NCBI GenBank assembly: GCA_001803415.1
Contig: MHDC01000023.1
Span: forward strand, 1 to 58,122
Source: Microgenomates group bacterium RBG_16_45_19
Lineage (GTDB): Bacteria; Patescibacteriota; Microgenomatia; UBA1400; RBG-16-45-19
Length of the DNA stretch: 58,122 nucleotides
Reading direction: 5' to 3'
The notes below the pieces were generated by a model, which was not told the DNA's origin, did not search any database, and saw only the letters and a program-made list of their open reading frames with translations. A program made the position numbers and the translations under genes. Below, piece after piece: positions 29,157-38,221 of the stretch (position 1 is its first letter; each line of letters starts with the position of its first letter).

Positions 29157-29290
29157 GATGGAGAATGGCCGATATGATGGTGAATATAATGTTCAAGTTT
29201 TTTCAGGGTATCACTAATCTTGAGCACCAGAAGAACTAGCAAGTGAATCACGAGTGATAGACTGTTGACGGTATAGAGTGGCTGAGCCAT
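29153..29290 (-). CDS. Unlisted 45-aa small membrane protein
   Basis: MAQPLYTVNSLSLVIHLLVLLVLKISDTLKKLEHYIHHHIGHSPS*; starts 9 nt after the GT2 stop; ATGA overlap with the GH18 start. Confidence 0.65.
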   Translation of the reverse strand: MAQPLYTVNSLSLVIHLLVLLVLKISDTLKKLEHYIHHHIGHSPS

Positions 29291-29299
29291 AGCTTAATT

Positions 29300-30367
29300 T
29301 TATATTAATTGATACCGACGCGGTGAGAACCAGCCGAAAGCAGGTTGTTGATCAAACATAACTTTGAAAAAGCATTTGATAAAAATGAGGCTACTGAGAG
29401 TCCGTAAGAGATAAAAATGGCCAAGATAAATAATCATTCGTTTAACCCGACGCCGAATAGAAGTGTAGATAAGGGTGGGTAGAATGAAAAAGCAGATATC
29501 AATAGCCAGCGGAATTATAAACAGACGAATATCGATGGAAAATGAAAGAGGTAACAAGACGATGAGACAAAGATAGAGAAAGCCACTAAAGAGGGCTTCG
29601 GTGGCAAGGAGAGCGATCTCAAAATCAAGCATTTGACCTTCCCAAGGAAGGTTATGTTTACAGATATTCTGCCACAAACCGGTATACCAGCGGTCAACCT
29701 GATGGATAAAGTCGATTAAGGTCGACGGATCTTGAGTAATGACTTCAGCTTGACTAATAAAACCAATTTTACCCAAGTGACGGCGGTGGATAGTAAAAGT
29801 TAGATCCATGTCCTCAGCCAGCGAGTGGGTGGGAAATTTAAACTGACGAAAGACTGATGAGCGGTAGACGGTAGCGCAACCCGGTGATACCACGATCCCC
29901 CCTAAGATCGATTGGGCGGCTTTATGGATGGTTTGGCCGATCTCGTACTCCCACATCCGATAGGCAGTGATCCAGTTCTTTTGGTAAGCGACCACTCGAC
30001 CGTTGGCACAGGCGAAGTTTTGGTGAATATCCTGATCGAAAAATGCTAGGATGGCCGGAAAGAAGTTGGGGGAGATGGTAGTGTCGGCATCCAGCGGCAT
30101 GATATAGGGATACTTTTGAAGCAAGCGCCATCTTTTTATGGCAGTGTTGATGGCTGCGCCTTTGCCCATATTTTTGGCATGGGAAATCACATGGGGAACG
30201 AGTTTTTGGGCGATACTGGCGGTGCCATCAGATGAGCCGTCATCGACAACATAGATTTGGTGGCGGGGAAGATAGTGAAGTAATTGTTTAATAGTGGTGT
30301 GAATGATAGCCGCTTCGTTGTGGGCGGGAATTATGACAGCGATGGGATTTCGGAGACGATTTGCCAT
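29300..30367 (-). CDS. Processive GT2 polysaccharide synthase (PgaC/IcaA-like)
   Basis: PAHNE, DDGS, DADT, LAED, QVDRW (QxxRW), C-terminal TMs. Confidence 0.9.
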   Translation of the reverse strand: MANRLRNPIAVIIPAHNEAAIIHTTIKQLLHYLPRHQIYVVDDGSSDGTASIAQKLVPHVISHAKNMGKGAAINTAIKRWRLLQKYPYIMPLDADTTISPNFFPAILAFFDQDIHQNFACANGRVVAYQKNWITAYRMWEYEIGQTIHKAAQSILGGIVVSPGCATVYRSSVFRQFKFPTHSLAEDMDLTFTIHRRHLGKIGFISQAEVITQDPSTLIDFIHQVDRWYTGLWQNICKHNLPWEGQMLDFEIALLATEALFSGFLYLCLIVLLPLSFSIDIRLFIIPLAIDICFFILPTLIYTSIRRRVKRMIIYLGHFYLLRTLSSLIFIKCFFKVMFDQQPAFGWFSPRRYQLI

Positions 30368-30370
30368 AGG

Positions 30371-31234
30371 TTATCGAGGCAGAAGATTGATAACTTGTGA
30401 AGGGTTGACGACAGGTAGGCCGGCTTGGGTAACTTGTTGGATAACAACTTCAAATTTTTTCGGATCAAGACTGTATTCGCCGCCAGTCGTATCGAGCTGA
30501 TGGAACATGAGAATCAACCACAGCTTTTCGGTTTGAGCTTGATCTAACCAAAGTTGCACTTGATCTAAAGAAACATGGTCATGAAGAGTGAAGGCATGAA
30601 TGGTGTAGGGATCATTAATGGGAATGGGATTAAGGCCGCCGGTGGCATCACGCATCGAGATATAGTTGTCTTTGACAAGTTTGATAAGTTCGGGAGTGGT
30701 TTTACCGCAAGGAACAACATAGATGTCAGGTCTGATCCCTTGAGCCATTAAGTCTTGCTGTGAACCAATGATCTCGGGCGTCAAAATCTCTGGGGCGAAA
30801 GTGTCTCGGTCACAATTGTGGGTGCGACTGTGGGCAGTAATCTCCCAGTTATAGACGTGAAATAAGCGTTTGACCTGACCCCAAGACATATAGGCCTCAT
30901 AGCCAATCAGGTCAGTCGGAATGGAGATGGCGGCTGTATAGCCATATTTGTTCAACAAGGGGGCAGCCAGCGTATATTGAGTTAACCACCCGTCATCAAA
31001 CCAGAACGTCACTAGGCCGGTTTGGTTCCAGATAAAATCTGATTTGGCTGGGAGGGCAGGAGGTTGGTCTTTAGAAATGGCTAAGACTTGAGCTGTTTTC
31101 TGACTCTCATGTTCCAGCCAGACCGGTTGGGCCGCTATCCCCAAGAGGTAACTGGCAGAAAACCAGATTAATAGGGCGGGAATGATCAACCACTGCAGCA
31201 TTTCCGGATGGAAAGAACGCTGGCTTGGGCTCAT
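30371..31234 (-). CDS. Membrane-anchored CE4 polysaccharide deacetylase
   Basis: WFDDG, HSRTH metal motif, LMFH. Confidence 0.88.
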   Translation of the reverse strand: MSPSQRSFHPEMLQWLIIPALLIWFSASYLLGIAAQPVWLEHESQKTAQVLAISKDQPPALPAKSDFIWNQTGLVTFWFDDGWLTQYTLAAPLLNKYGYTAAISIPTDLIGYEAYMSWGQVKRLFHVYNWEITAHSRTHNCDRDTFAPEILTPEIIGSQQDLMAQGIRPDIYVVPCGKTTPELIKLVKDNYISMRDATGGLNPIPINDPYTIHAFTLHDHVSLDQVQLWLDQAQTEKLWLILMFHQLDTTGGEYSLDPKKFEVVIQQVTQAGLPVVNPSQVINLLPR

Positions 31235-32709
31235 AAGTACTCCCGTTTATAGACGATAAAGGCATAGTCCTGATAGACCGGTTGGTAGGTATTATCCCGA
31301 CTTGATTCGACTATCTGTTGGACTTGTTGGTTCGAGTCATTGACTTGATCGATATTTTTGTAGAGCAGGATGTAGTTAAAATGGGCATCCTTGACGGCTT
31401 GGCTATAGGCTTCAGCTCCCTCATGACCTTGATACTCAAACCAGTCAAAAGTGGTTGTTTGCAAAGGATGGTTGAGACTATAAGTGGCGAGCATTGAGGC
31501 GGGACCAGCTGCACTTAAAACGTAATCGCCGGTTTTAATGACGGTTTGAAGATAAGTACTCACCCCAGTGGTATTTTCCCAGGTTTGCCCATAATCAAAG
31601 CCCCAGGCGGCGGAGAGGGTCAGGGTGGGAATAATGATGATAAAAACAAAGACCAGAATAGCAGGCTTAAAATGGGAATTTGGGGAATCAATTAAGTAAG
31701 CCAAGCCAATACCGACTAAAATAGAGACAAAAGCGTGGGTAAAATAGAGATGCTTGTCGAAGGTAGCCAAACGATGGGCGGCGGCGTGGAGGCCAATAAT
31801 CCAGACAGCGGCCAGGGTAATTGCCGCCCAGACATAGACTCGTTTAAAGTAAAGTAAGAGGAGGGTGCCGATAAGCCATAAGGGAGTAAGCACCAGAAGA
31901 TACTGACTGACACTGCCGATGATCTCGGGGTAGGAGGCGATTTCAGTATCGCGGTGAGTGGAGAAATAGACCAGCAAACCGGGGATTTGGAAAATAAGGT
32001 AGATAAGTCCAATAACACTAAGCGGTAAGAGATAATAACGCCAAAAATAGAAGCGGTGGCGGAGAGGGGATTTAAAGAGAGCATGATAGCAAGCCAAAGC
32101 AATCAAGAATGGGGCATACCCCAGGATGATGACTTTCATAAAAATGGCCAGCATTAACGAGACTAATGAAAGAAAATACCATTTCCCTAGGAAAGCTTGA
32201 GTGTGAATGGCTTTAATCAAAGCATAGAAACTAAGAAAGAAAAAGTAGAAGGCGGGCATATCATAGGTGGCCAGCCGACTGACCAGCAGCGACAGGCCAG
32301 AAAAACCAAAGACAAATAGGGTAGCTAGCCGAGTAGTATAAGCGATCCGAGGGGGGACTAATTCGGCGGCAATTGCAGCAACAGTGATTACGGAGGCCAA
32401 GCCGAAGATGACGTTTAGCAAGCGGGAGCCAACAATCCCGAAGCTAGTATAGGCCAAGGCAGTCAGCGGTGGATAAGTATATAAACTGCCGGCCATCCAG
32501 TTGCCAGCCCCGTATGAGGTCCAATCCCATTGGAAGAGACCAAGCTTACCCAAAACGATATAGATGGCTTCATCGGTAAGAGGCGAGTTGTAATTAAGAT
32601 TACAAAGGTAAACGGCGCTGAGTAGGCCAATGAGGAAAATATAAATAAGGTCACTGGAAAACCACTGAGTCCAAATTCGTTTCCACTGTAACTCATATCT
32701 CATAGGCAA
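31231..32709 (-). CDS. GT-C fold (PMT/ArnT-like) membrane glycosyltransferase
   Basis: First-loop TDEAIY motif, YPPL, many TMs, soluble C-terminal domain. Confidence 0.78.
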   Translation of the reverse strand: MPMRYELQWKRIWTQWFSSDLIYIFLIGLLSAVYLCNLNYNSPLTDEAIYIVLGKLGLFQWDWTSYGAGNWMAGSLYTYPPLTALAYTSFGIVGSRLLNVIFGLASVITVAAIAAELVPPRIAYTTRLATLFVFGFSGLSLLVSRLATYDMPAFYFFFLSFYALIKAIHTQAFLGKWYFLSLVSLMLAIFMKVIILGYAPFLIALACYHALFKSPLRHRFYFWRYYLLPLSVIGLIYLIFQIPGLLVYFSTHRDTEIASYPEIIGSVSQYLLVLTPLWLIGTLLLLYFKRVYVWAAITLAAVWIIGLHAAAHRLATFDKHLYFTHAFVSILVGIGLAYLIDSPNSHFKPAILVFVFIIIIPTLTLSAAWGFDYGQTWENTTGVSTYLQTVIKTGDYVLSAAGPASMLATYSLNHPLQTTTFDWFEYQGHEGAEAYSQAVKDAHFNYILLYKNIDQVNDSNQQVQQIVESSRDNTYQPVYQDYAFIVYKREYL

Positions 32710-32866
32710 GCCTGAGAGTCATAAAATGATAGATGATGGGCAGGAGGAAATAAAATTGGGCTTCGGACAGCTGACAGATGTAAAAGAGTCCGACACCACA
32801 ACCTTATTTAGGATCACTTTATCACGAAAAAAGGGCTTAGAGAAAGAGACACTTTCCAAATGGACA

Positions 32867-33496
32867 TTAGTAAATTAAATTATTTTCACCTCTCAAGAAA
32901 CGCCGGGCTAAAAGGGCGATTTTGAAGTGGTAGTTATCCCAATTATAGGGGATGAGGTCCGGTGTGACTTTGATGATAGTTTTGTGGCCAGAATTGGAGA
33001 TGGTGGGGGCGGAGAAGGGTTTATGGCGGGTGTGCATTTTGATGAGATAGTCGATCGGGCAGAGACAGAGAGCATGGACTTCTTGAGGATCCAGAACGAA
33101 TTGATCCAGGCGGCGGTTGTCTTCAACCAGGTGAATGTCGACCACGGTATAGCGCATCAAGTCTTGTTGATCCCGGCCGAAAAAGAGTTTACGACCCAGA
33201 TAGGTAAGGGTTTTAGGATTATAATGAATACCTAATTCTTCTTTGACCTCACGCAAACCGTCAAGTCTGTGTTCACCGGCTAAATAATAGCCGCCAACGG
33301 TAACGTCCAAAAGCAAGGGACCCCAGGAAGAATTGGGGCTGCGTTGCTGATAAATCAGGGCGGGTACGGGTTGTCGCTGAACGATCCAGAGGTGAAATAC
33401 GCCTAGCCAAACCTGGGCTTTGATGGCTTGAGTTTTGGACAAGACTTGCCCCGTAGGGGCGAAAGCCGGAGGAGCGAGAATAGCCACTTTTTCCAT
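32867..33496 (-). CDS. NUDIX hydrolase (IDI type-1-like architecture)
   Basis: FHLWI, QQRS, LDVTVGG, GE...REVKEELG. Confidence 0.8.
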   Translation of the reverse strand: MEKVAILAPPAFAPTGQVLSKTQAIKAQVWLGVFHLWIVQRQPVPALIYQQRSPNSSWGPLLLDVTVGGYYLAGEHRLDGLREVKEELGIHYNPKTLTYLGRKLFFGRDQQDLMRYTVVDIHLVEDNRRLDQFVLDPQEVHALCLCPIDYLIKMHTRHKPFSAPTISNSGHKTIIKVTPDLIPYNWDNYHFKIALLARRFLRGENNLIY

Positions 33497-33519
33497 TATC
33501 CGGATTATATAATAGGCAG

Positions 33520-34350
33520 ATGATCGATACCCATTGCCACTTGAACTTTGCCGCTTTTAAGGATGATTGGCGGGAAGTGGCCGACCGGGCAGTGGCGGCC
33601 GGAGTCGAGAAAATGATCGTGGTGGGAGCCGATTTGGACTCAAGCCGGCGGGCGGTGGAACTAGCCCAAGCCCACCCGGCACTATATGCAGCCGTGGGAA
33701 TACACCCACACCATGCGAGACAGTTACAAGCTACAGGTAACAAGTTACAAGAACTAATCGCAGAAATTGCAGAATTAACAAAGCAGCCGAGGGTGGTGGC
33801 CATCGGGGAAATCGGGATAGATAATCACGTATACCAAGTTACAAGATACAAGATACAAGATACCAGTTTAGAATCACAGGAACGACAAGAAATTCAAAAA
33901 CAGTTATTCGCTGAACAGCTAAAGCTGGCAGTGGATTTAGGGAAACCGGTGATTTTACACAGCCGGGAGGCGAAAGAAGAAGTACTCCAAATAATTTCAA
34001 ATTTAAAATTTAACATTTTTAATTCGCGAGGAGGAGTATTCCATTGTTTTGGGGGATCGAAAAAGTATGCCCAAAGGATTGTTGAAGCCGGATTTTATTT
34101 GGGCTTTGACGGGGACGTGACTTACGTGCCGGACCGGTTGGCGGTGGCTGCCACAGTACCGTTAGACAGGCTACTTTTGGAAACCGATAGTCCTTATCTA
34201 ACGCCGGTACCTTACCGGGGTGGACGCAACCAACCGGCTAACTTACCGCTAATCGCCCAAATTCAAGCCGAGGTAAGAAACCTGAATCCGGCAGTCCTGA
34301 CTCAAGCGACGAGTGACAATGCCCAGCGATTATTTAATTTCGTGGGATAA
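33520..34350 (+). CDS. tatD: TatD-family DNase with repeat-derived loop insertions
   Basis: IDTHCHL, GIHPH, AIGEIG, ILHSR, VFHCF, LLETDSPY. Confidence 0.95.
   Translation: MIDTHCHLNFAAFKDDWREVADRAVAAGVEKMIVVGADLDSSRRAVELAQAHPALYAAVGIHPHHARQLQATGNKLQELIAEIAELTKQPRVVAIGEIGIDNHVYQVTRYKIQDTSLESQERQEIQKQLFAEQLKLAVDLGKPVILHSREAKEEVLQIISNLKFNIFNSRGGVFHCFGGSKKYAQRIVEAGFYLGFDGDVTYVPDRLAVAATVPLDRLLLETDSPYLTPVPYRGGRNQPANLPLIAQIQAEVRNLNPAVLTQATSDNAQRLFNFVG
33721..33755 (+). repeat. Heptamer tandem array 1 in tatD (consensus AAGTTAC)
   Basis: cagttac aagctac aggtaac aagttac aagaact. Confidence 0.75.
33835..33869 (+). repeat. Heptamer tandem array 2 in tatD (CAAGATA)
   Basis: caagtta caagata caagata caagata ccagttt. 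Confidence 0.85.
33996..34023 (+). repeat. Heptamer tandem array 3 in tatD
   Basis: ttcaaat ttaaaat ttaacat ttttaat. Confidence 0.6.
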
Positions 34351-34357
34351 TAGGAGT

Positions 34358-35860
34358 ATGAAGGAATCGAGAACGGCTGCCTGGGTCAGGCGGCACCCGG
34401 TGAAAAGCCAGCGCCTCTTGGAGATTCTGCCGGGGGCTTTTTCCTGGTTTCTGATCATTTTCCCCTTGTGGGGATCATTTGTAGTACCAACACTGGTGGC
34501 GTATTACATCATTACCTTTAACGTTTATTGGTTGTACCGGTCGCTGACGATGGCGGCTTTGGCGATATTTGCCCATTTTCGCTTACAAGCGTCACAAAAA
34601 TACGATTGGGTGGGTGACCTAACCTTATTTCCCGATTGGGAAAAAGTGCACCATATCGTGATTATCCCTACATATAAAGAACCATTGAAAACCTTGGAGC
34701 GGACGCTAGAGGCTTTAGGCCGACAAAGCTTTCCGACGGAGCGACTGGCGATTATGGTGTCGTTTGAAGTCCGGGAAGGTGAAGCCGCCAAAGCCAAAGC
34801 CGAAGAGTTGAAACGGACTTATGGCCAAAAGTTTGGCCATTTTTGGACGACGTTTCACCCGGATATCGCCGGTGAGGTTAAAGGTAAGTCGGCCAATGTC
34901 CGCTGGGGAGCGATTGAGGCGAAGAAAAAATTAGTGGACGAAGCCCACATCCCGATGGAATACATCACCATTACCAGCGAAGACGCCGACGCAGTGATGC
35001 ACCCTAATTATTTTGCGGCCTTGGCTTACTATTTCTTAGACAACCCCAAACGCTATGAACGAATCTGGCAGGCGGGGATCATGTTTTACAACAACATTTG
35101 GGAAGTACCGTCACCAGTCAGGGTCCTGGCCTCGATTTTTTCGGTAACTCAGCTTTACGTCTTAATGCGGCCGGACTCGCTAATGAATTTTTCCAGCTAC
35201 TCCACCAGTTTGAAACTAGCCGACACGATTGGGTATTGGGACACCGATGTCATTCCGGAAGATTACCGCTTCTTTTTTAAAGCTTACTTTGCCACCGGCG
35301 GGGCGATCGAAGTGGAACCGATATTTCTACCAATCTATAACGATGCTGCCCAAGCCCAAGGATTCTGGCGGACCATGGTGAATCAGTACGAACAAATCAA
35401 ACGCTGGGCTTGGGGAGTCTCGGATGATGCGTATATCATTAAGCAGTGGTTGCTCTCACCCAGTCTGCCCTTCTGGGATAAGAGTTTAAGAGTCTTCCAC
35501 GTTTTGGAGGCGCATTTCTTATGGCCGGTCAACTGGTTCGCTATCACTTTAGGAGCCATCTTACCGCCCCTCTTAAATCAGGAGTTTGCCCAAACAGTCT
35601 TGGGTAAAACCCTACCCCAACTATCAAGCGCCATTTTAACGATGTCCCTGGTCAGTTTGGTGGTTATATTTGTTATTGATGCCATTAACCGACCGCCGCG
35701 GCCAAAACATGTATCAATTATTAAACGACTGGCGCAGCCGTTTGAATTTGCTTTAATGCCGATCGTGGGATTTTTCTTTTCCGCCCTACCCGGCATAGAC
35801 GCCCACACGCGCTTGATGCTGGGGCGCTATATTGAATATCGGGTGACGGAAAAGGTTTAA
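34358..35860 (+). CDS. Multi-TM processive GT2-family glycosyltransferase
   Basis: IIPTYKE, KGKSAN, DAD, VIPED, QIKRW; AGGAG before ATG 34358. Confidence 0.85.
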   Translation: MKESRTAAWVRRHPVKSQRLLEILPGAFSWFLIIFPLWGSFVVPTLVAYYIITFNVYWLYRSLTMAALAIFAHFRLQASQKYDWVGDLTLFPDWEKVHHIVIIPTYKEPLKTLERTLEALGRQSFPTERLAIMVSFEVREGEAAKAKAEELKRTYGQKFGHFWTTFHPDIAGEVKGKSANVRWGAIEAKKKLVDEAHIPMEYITITSEDADAVMHPNYFAALAYYFLDNPKRYERIWQAGIMFYNNIWEVPSPVRVLASIFSVTQLYVLMRPDSLMNFSSYSTSLKLADTIGYWDTDVIPEDYRFFFKAYFATGGAIEVEPIFLPIYNDAAQAQGFWRTMVNQYEQIKRWAWGVSDDAYIIKQWLLSPSLPFWDKSLRVFHVLEAHFLWPVNWFAITLGAILPPLLNQEFAQTVLGKTLPQLSSAILTMSLVSLVVIFVIDAINRPPRPKHVSIIKRLAQPFEFALMPIVGFFFSALPGIDAHTRLMLGRYIEYRVTEKV

Positions 35861-35874
35861 GATAAAGACAGGAT

Positions 35875-36231
35875 ATGAGGATACTACTAAGAATCAGGGG
35901 GTTAAGCCAACCAACGATCCGGTGGGGGTTGGGTCTCGGCCTGGTATTAATTGGGTGTCAGGGGTTGGTGTTGGTGGTGTGGGGGCTAAAACTACCACCG
36001 GAAATCCCGCTCTACTATTCCATGCCTCAAGGTGAACAGCAATTAGCCGAGAAGGGTTGGCTTTTGATCAGCCTCGGTTTAAGCCTGTTGGCTTTGGTTA
36101 CCAACTTGGTAATTATCGGTTTATCAGGCCAACTGGTGAAAGTGTTTCCGGAGATAGTGACATGGCTGACGACGGTATGTATCTTGCTGTTAACCTTAAC
36201 CCTGGTACATAGCGTGATGCTGGCTTTATGA
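35875..36231 (+). CDS. Small 3-TM membrane protein (DUF1648-like)
   Basis: LPPEIPLYYS motif between TMs; overlaps the next start codon. Confidence 0.6.
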   Translation: MRILLRIRGLSQPTIRWGLGLGLVLIGCQGLVLVVWGLKLPPEIPLYYSMPQGEQQLAEKGWLLISLGLSLLALVTNLVIIGLSGQLVKVFPEIVTWLTTVCILLLTLTLVHSVMLAL

Positions 36232-37337
36232 ATGAGTCACTCTTAGAGTTATGGCAGTGGATGTGGCAGCCGTTACTGGTGGCCGGAATGACGGCTGTGA
36301 CCACCGCCCCGATGGTGATCGCTTGGTACAAACGCCGCGGTTGGTTGGATGACCCAGCCACCCAGAAACAGGCTAAGGTAGTCCACACTTACCCAGTACC
36401 CAGAGGGGGTGGCTGGGTCATTTTCATCGCCTTGGTGGTGGGGACTCTATGGTTTTTGGGTATAGACAAGCATAGCTTCGGCGTGTTGTTGGGAGCTTCG
36501 ATCATCGCCGTGACCGGATTTTTCGATGACCGCTATGACCTGAACCCCTATTTAAGATTGGGATTAGGCTTTTTAGCCGCCGGAGCGGTGGTAGCGGCCG
36601 GCATCGGGATCGCCTATATCACTAATCCTTTGGGTCAAGGTGTGATCCACCTGAATTTACCGCAAATCCCCTTCTATTTAGGGGGCAAGTTGCACACAAT
36701 CTGGGTGTTAGCTGACGCCTTAGCCTTGTTATGGATCGTTTGGTGTATGAATATGATTAATTGGTCTAAAGGACTGGATGGCCAACTGCCGGGCATGGTG
36801 GTGATCGCCGCGATAGTCATCGGGGCGTTGTCGTTGAGATTTGGGGACGACGTGACTCAATGGTCAGTGATTATCTTGGCGGCGATCACAGCCGGAGCTT
36901 ACTTGGGCTTTTTACCGTGGAACATCTACCCTCAAAAAATGATGCCCGGTTATGGTGGGGGGGCACTGGCTGGTTACCTGTTAGCGGTGTTATCAATTCT
37001 TTCCGGAGCCAAGCTGGCGACTTTAATCCTAGTCTTAGCCGTGCCAATGATCGACGCGCTGTACGTGATGGTTCGCCGCTTAAGGCGGGGTCGGTCGCCG
37101 GTATGGGGTGATCGGAGCCATTTCCACCATAAGCTGATGGAATTAGGTTGGAGTAAGCGCAAAATTGCCGGATTTTACTGGCTAATGACTTTGATTTTAG
37201 GGATTGTCGCCCTGCAATTGAATACCAGGCAAAAAGCGTTTACAATCCTGTTAATGCTGCTCGGATTTGGAGCGGTACTAATATGGGTAAATTGGTTTAT
37301 AACCTCATCAAATCGGCCAGGCCGCGCCAATGGCTAA
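36228..37337 (+). CDS. WecA/TagO-type polyprenyl-phosphate HexNAc-1-phosphate transferase (MraY superfamily)
   Basis: PRGGG, GFFDD, INWSKGLDG, WNIYP, DRSHFHH. Confidence 0.9.
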   Translation: MNESLLELWQWMWQPLLVAGMTAVTTAPMVIAWYKRRGWLDDPATQKQAKVVHTYPVPRGGGWVIFIALVVGTLWFLGIDKHSFGVLLGASIIAVTGFFDDRYDLNPYLRLGLGFLAAGAVVAAGIGIAYITNPLGQGVIHLNLPQIPFYLGGKLHTIWVLADALALLWIVWCMNMINWSKGLDGQLPGMVVIAAIVIGALSLRFGDDVTQWSVIILAAITAGAYLGFLPWNIYPQKMMPGYGGGALAGYLLAVLSILSGAKLATLILVLAVPMIDALYVMVRRLRRGRSPVWGDRSHFHHKLMELGWSKRKIAGFYWLMTLILGIVALQLNTRQKAFTILLMLLGFGAVLIWVNWFITSSNRPGRANG

Positions 37338-38221
37338 AAAACGGAGCCATGTTTGCGCCGTTAGTTTTTAGCGGACTGCTGTTTGCCCCCGGTTATTTGG
37401 CTCAAGTGATGGAAGCGTTTATCCTGTTTTGTGGTTTAACGTCGGCAGTCTACCTGATCAACGACATCATGGATGTGCAGCAGGATAAAAAACATCCGTT
37501 TAAAAAGAAACGACCGATTGCGTCCGGGGACTTACCGATTCCGATGGCGATTTTTGCGGTGGTGGCGTTGTTATTCAGCGTCATGGCATTGGCCTGGTTT
37601 TTATCGTACTTTTTCTTTGCCATCTGTTTATTATACCTCTTACTGAGCCTGGCTTATTCGGGTTACTTAAAGCAAATCGCCATCATCGATTTATTGGCGA
37701 TCGCGGCCGGATTTGTGTTGCGGGTCTACGCCGGAGCGATTGTAGTCAACCTGCATATGAACGTTTGGTTTTTATTGGCGGTGGTTAGCTTGGCCTTATT
37801 TTTGGCCGTGGGCAAACGGCAGTGCGAGCGGACCTTACTCACCGGGTTGGTGGGAAACTTAACCGGCCAGCGGTCGACTTTAAGCCATTATTCAGCCCGC
37901 CTGCTGGACATCTATACAGCCTTGTTTGCCGGGGCAACCTGGCTAACTTACGCTCTGTTTGCCTTTCAGCATCAATTTGAATTTATCGAAGGGCCGGTAC
38001 CAACGCTATTATCCCGGGTGCCGCGGACGTTTATCTCGTCAAAATGGCTGATGTTTACCGTACCGTTGGTGATTTACGGAGTGATGCGCTATTTACAACT
38101 GGTTTACGAAAGAAACGAGGGTGAAAGCCCGGAACGGGTGTTACTTAACGACAAACCCATGCTAATCGCGGTGGTGATTTGGATTTTGATGGTCCTGTTT
38201 ATTCTTTACGGGATGAGGTGA
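37283..38221 (+). CDS. UbiA-family decaprenyl-phosphate phosphoribosyltransferase-like protein
   Basis: RPRQWLKN, YLINDIMD, HPFKKKRPIASG, YSGYLKQI, GKR, YGVMRY. Confidence 0.85.
   Translation: MGKLVYNLIKSARPRQWLKNGAMFAPLVFSGLLFAPGYLAQVMEAFILFCGLTSAVYLINDIMDVQQDKKHPFKKKRPIASGDLPIPMAIFAVVALLFSVMALAWFLSYFFFAICLLYLLLSLAYSGYLKQIAIIDLLAIAAGFVLRVYAGAIVVNLHMNVWFLLAVVSLALFLAVGKRQCERTLLTGLVGNLTGQRSTLSHYSARLLDIYTALFAGATWLTYALFAFQHQFEFIEGPVPTLLSRVPRTFISSKWLMFTVPLVIYGVMRYLQLVYERNEGESPERVLLNDKPMLIAVVIWILMVLFILYGMR

Noticed and set aside
33448-33460. GCCCC-GTA-GGGGC palindrome in the NUDIX gene
   Set aside because: Single short copy encoding APTG, where the family commonly has PTG; no evidence of insertion.
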